Source: Leucoraja ocellata (lineage: Eukaryota). From it: a DNA stretch of 64,000 nt. The position numbers were made by a program, and so were the translations under genes. The notes under the pieces are model-generated. The model was given only the letters and a program-made list of their open reading frames with translations. It made no database searches and was not told the DNA's origin. Shown piece after piece: positions 62,668-64,000 of the stretch; within the stretch, counting starts at the first letter, position 1; each line of letters starts with the position of its first letter. Location of the stretch: the NCBI GenBank assembly GCA_036785375.1, contig JAWMAR010000025.1, forward strand, positions 8,432,001 to 8,496,000, in the 5' to 3' direction.

Positions 62668-63595
62668 AGAAACATAGAAAATGGGTGCAGGCCATTTGGC
62701 CCTTCGAGCCTGCACCGCCATTCAATATGATCATTGCTGATCATCCAACTCGGTATCCTGTACCTGCCTTCTCTGCATACCCCCTGATCCCTTTAGCAAG
62801 AAGGGCCACATCTAACTCCGTCTTAAATATAGCCCACGAACTGGCCTCAACTACCTTCTGTGGCAGAGAATTCCACAGATTCACCACTCTCTGTGTGAAA
62901 AATGTTTTCCTCATCTTGGTCCTAAAAGATTTCCCCCTTATCCTTAAACTGTGACCCCTTGTTCTGGACTTCCCCAACATCAGAAACAATCTTCCTGCAT
63001 CTAGCCTGTCCAACCCCTTAAGAAATTTGTAAGTTTCTATAAGATCCCCCCTCAATCTTCTAAATTCTAGCGATTACAAACCGAGTCTATCCAGTCTTTC
63101 TTCATATGAAAGTCCTAACATCCCAGGAATCAGTCTGGTGAACCTTCTCTGTACTCCCTCTATGGCAAGAATGTCTTTCCTCAGATTAGGAGACCAAAAC
63201 TGTACGCAATACTCCAGGTGTGGTCTCACCAAGACCCTGTACAACCTCCCTGCTCCTATACTCAAATCCTTTTGCTACGAATGCTAACATACCATTCGCC
63301 TTCTTCACTGCCTGCTGCACCGGCATGCCTACTTTTAATGACTGGTGTACCATGACACACAGGTCTCGTTGCATCTCCCCCTTTCCTAATCGGCCACCAT
63401 TCAGATAATAATCTACTTTCCTGTTTTTGCCACCAAAGTGGATAACCTCACATTTATCCACATTATACTGCATCTGCCATGCATTTGCCCACTCACCCAG
63501 CCTATCCAAGTCACCTTGCAGCCTCCTAGCATCCTCCTCACAGCTAACACTGCCCCCCCAGCTTCGTGTCATCCGCAAACTTGGAGATGTTGCAT
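62668..63595 (-). mobile_element. CR1-type LINE 3' fragment
   Basis: Minus-strand frames LQGDLDRLGEWANAWQMQYNVDKCEVIHFG...[13 protein letters not shown]...FFTQRVVNLWNSLP with frameshifts. Confidence 0.9.
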
Positions 63596-64000
63596 TCAAT
63601 TAATATTCAAATCAGACTATATTATGTCAGAATCATAAAGCTCAGAAAAATGTTATGGTCAAATTTGGAACATATTCCATTTGCAACAAATAAGTGATAA
63701 TAGAAACAAATCATTTTCTTTATCGTATCAATTATTCATTACGTTTTTCTCTCTGGGAGTGGTGCAGTGCCATAAAAATATGGAAATTGCTTACTTGTAT
63801 TCCAATTATTTCTATTTAAAGGAACATTGACCAGGAATTGTACCTTTTCTGAGTAGAATATAAAGGAGGTTGATTATTTGATATCCATTCCAATATGTCT
63901 ATGCTATTTAAATGTGTATAATTTCTGGAACGGGACAATTGAAGACTCGATGATCAAATAGCACACTTGCAGTCCATTGTGACTTTGTTGATTTCCACTT

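Overview
Repeat-rich vertebrate genomic DNA. The repeat complement (CR1-type LINE ends, tRNA-derived V-type SINEs, Penelope-derived hairpins) suggests a cartilaginous fish, probably a skate or ray; this is an inference. The window holds one complete protein-coding gene: a five-exon CCN2/CTGF-like gene on the + strand (CDS 17068-22737, 353 aa, all 38 CCN cysteines present), diverged enough that it may be a CCN2 paralogue. A CpG-island promoter and probable first exon of an unidentified second gene lie at about 56.85-57.05 kb. The rest is mostly CR1, L2, Rex/Babar, RTE and Penelope fragments, SINEs, Harbinger-type MITEs and a 421-nt assembly gap. The strongest novel signal is a 123-145 nt TSD-flanked retroposon present in four copies at 29.8-36.8 kb. 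Its first 54 nt fold by eye into a minimal HDV/CPEB3-like self-cleaving ribozyme, and every copy begins at the predicted cleavage-site G. Separately, more than 20 Penelope-derived elements carry intact or decayed minimal hammerhead motifs, one of them intact and sense-oriented in the probable CCN2-like 3' UTR. All folds and assignments were made by eye; no searches were run.
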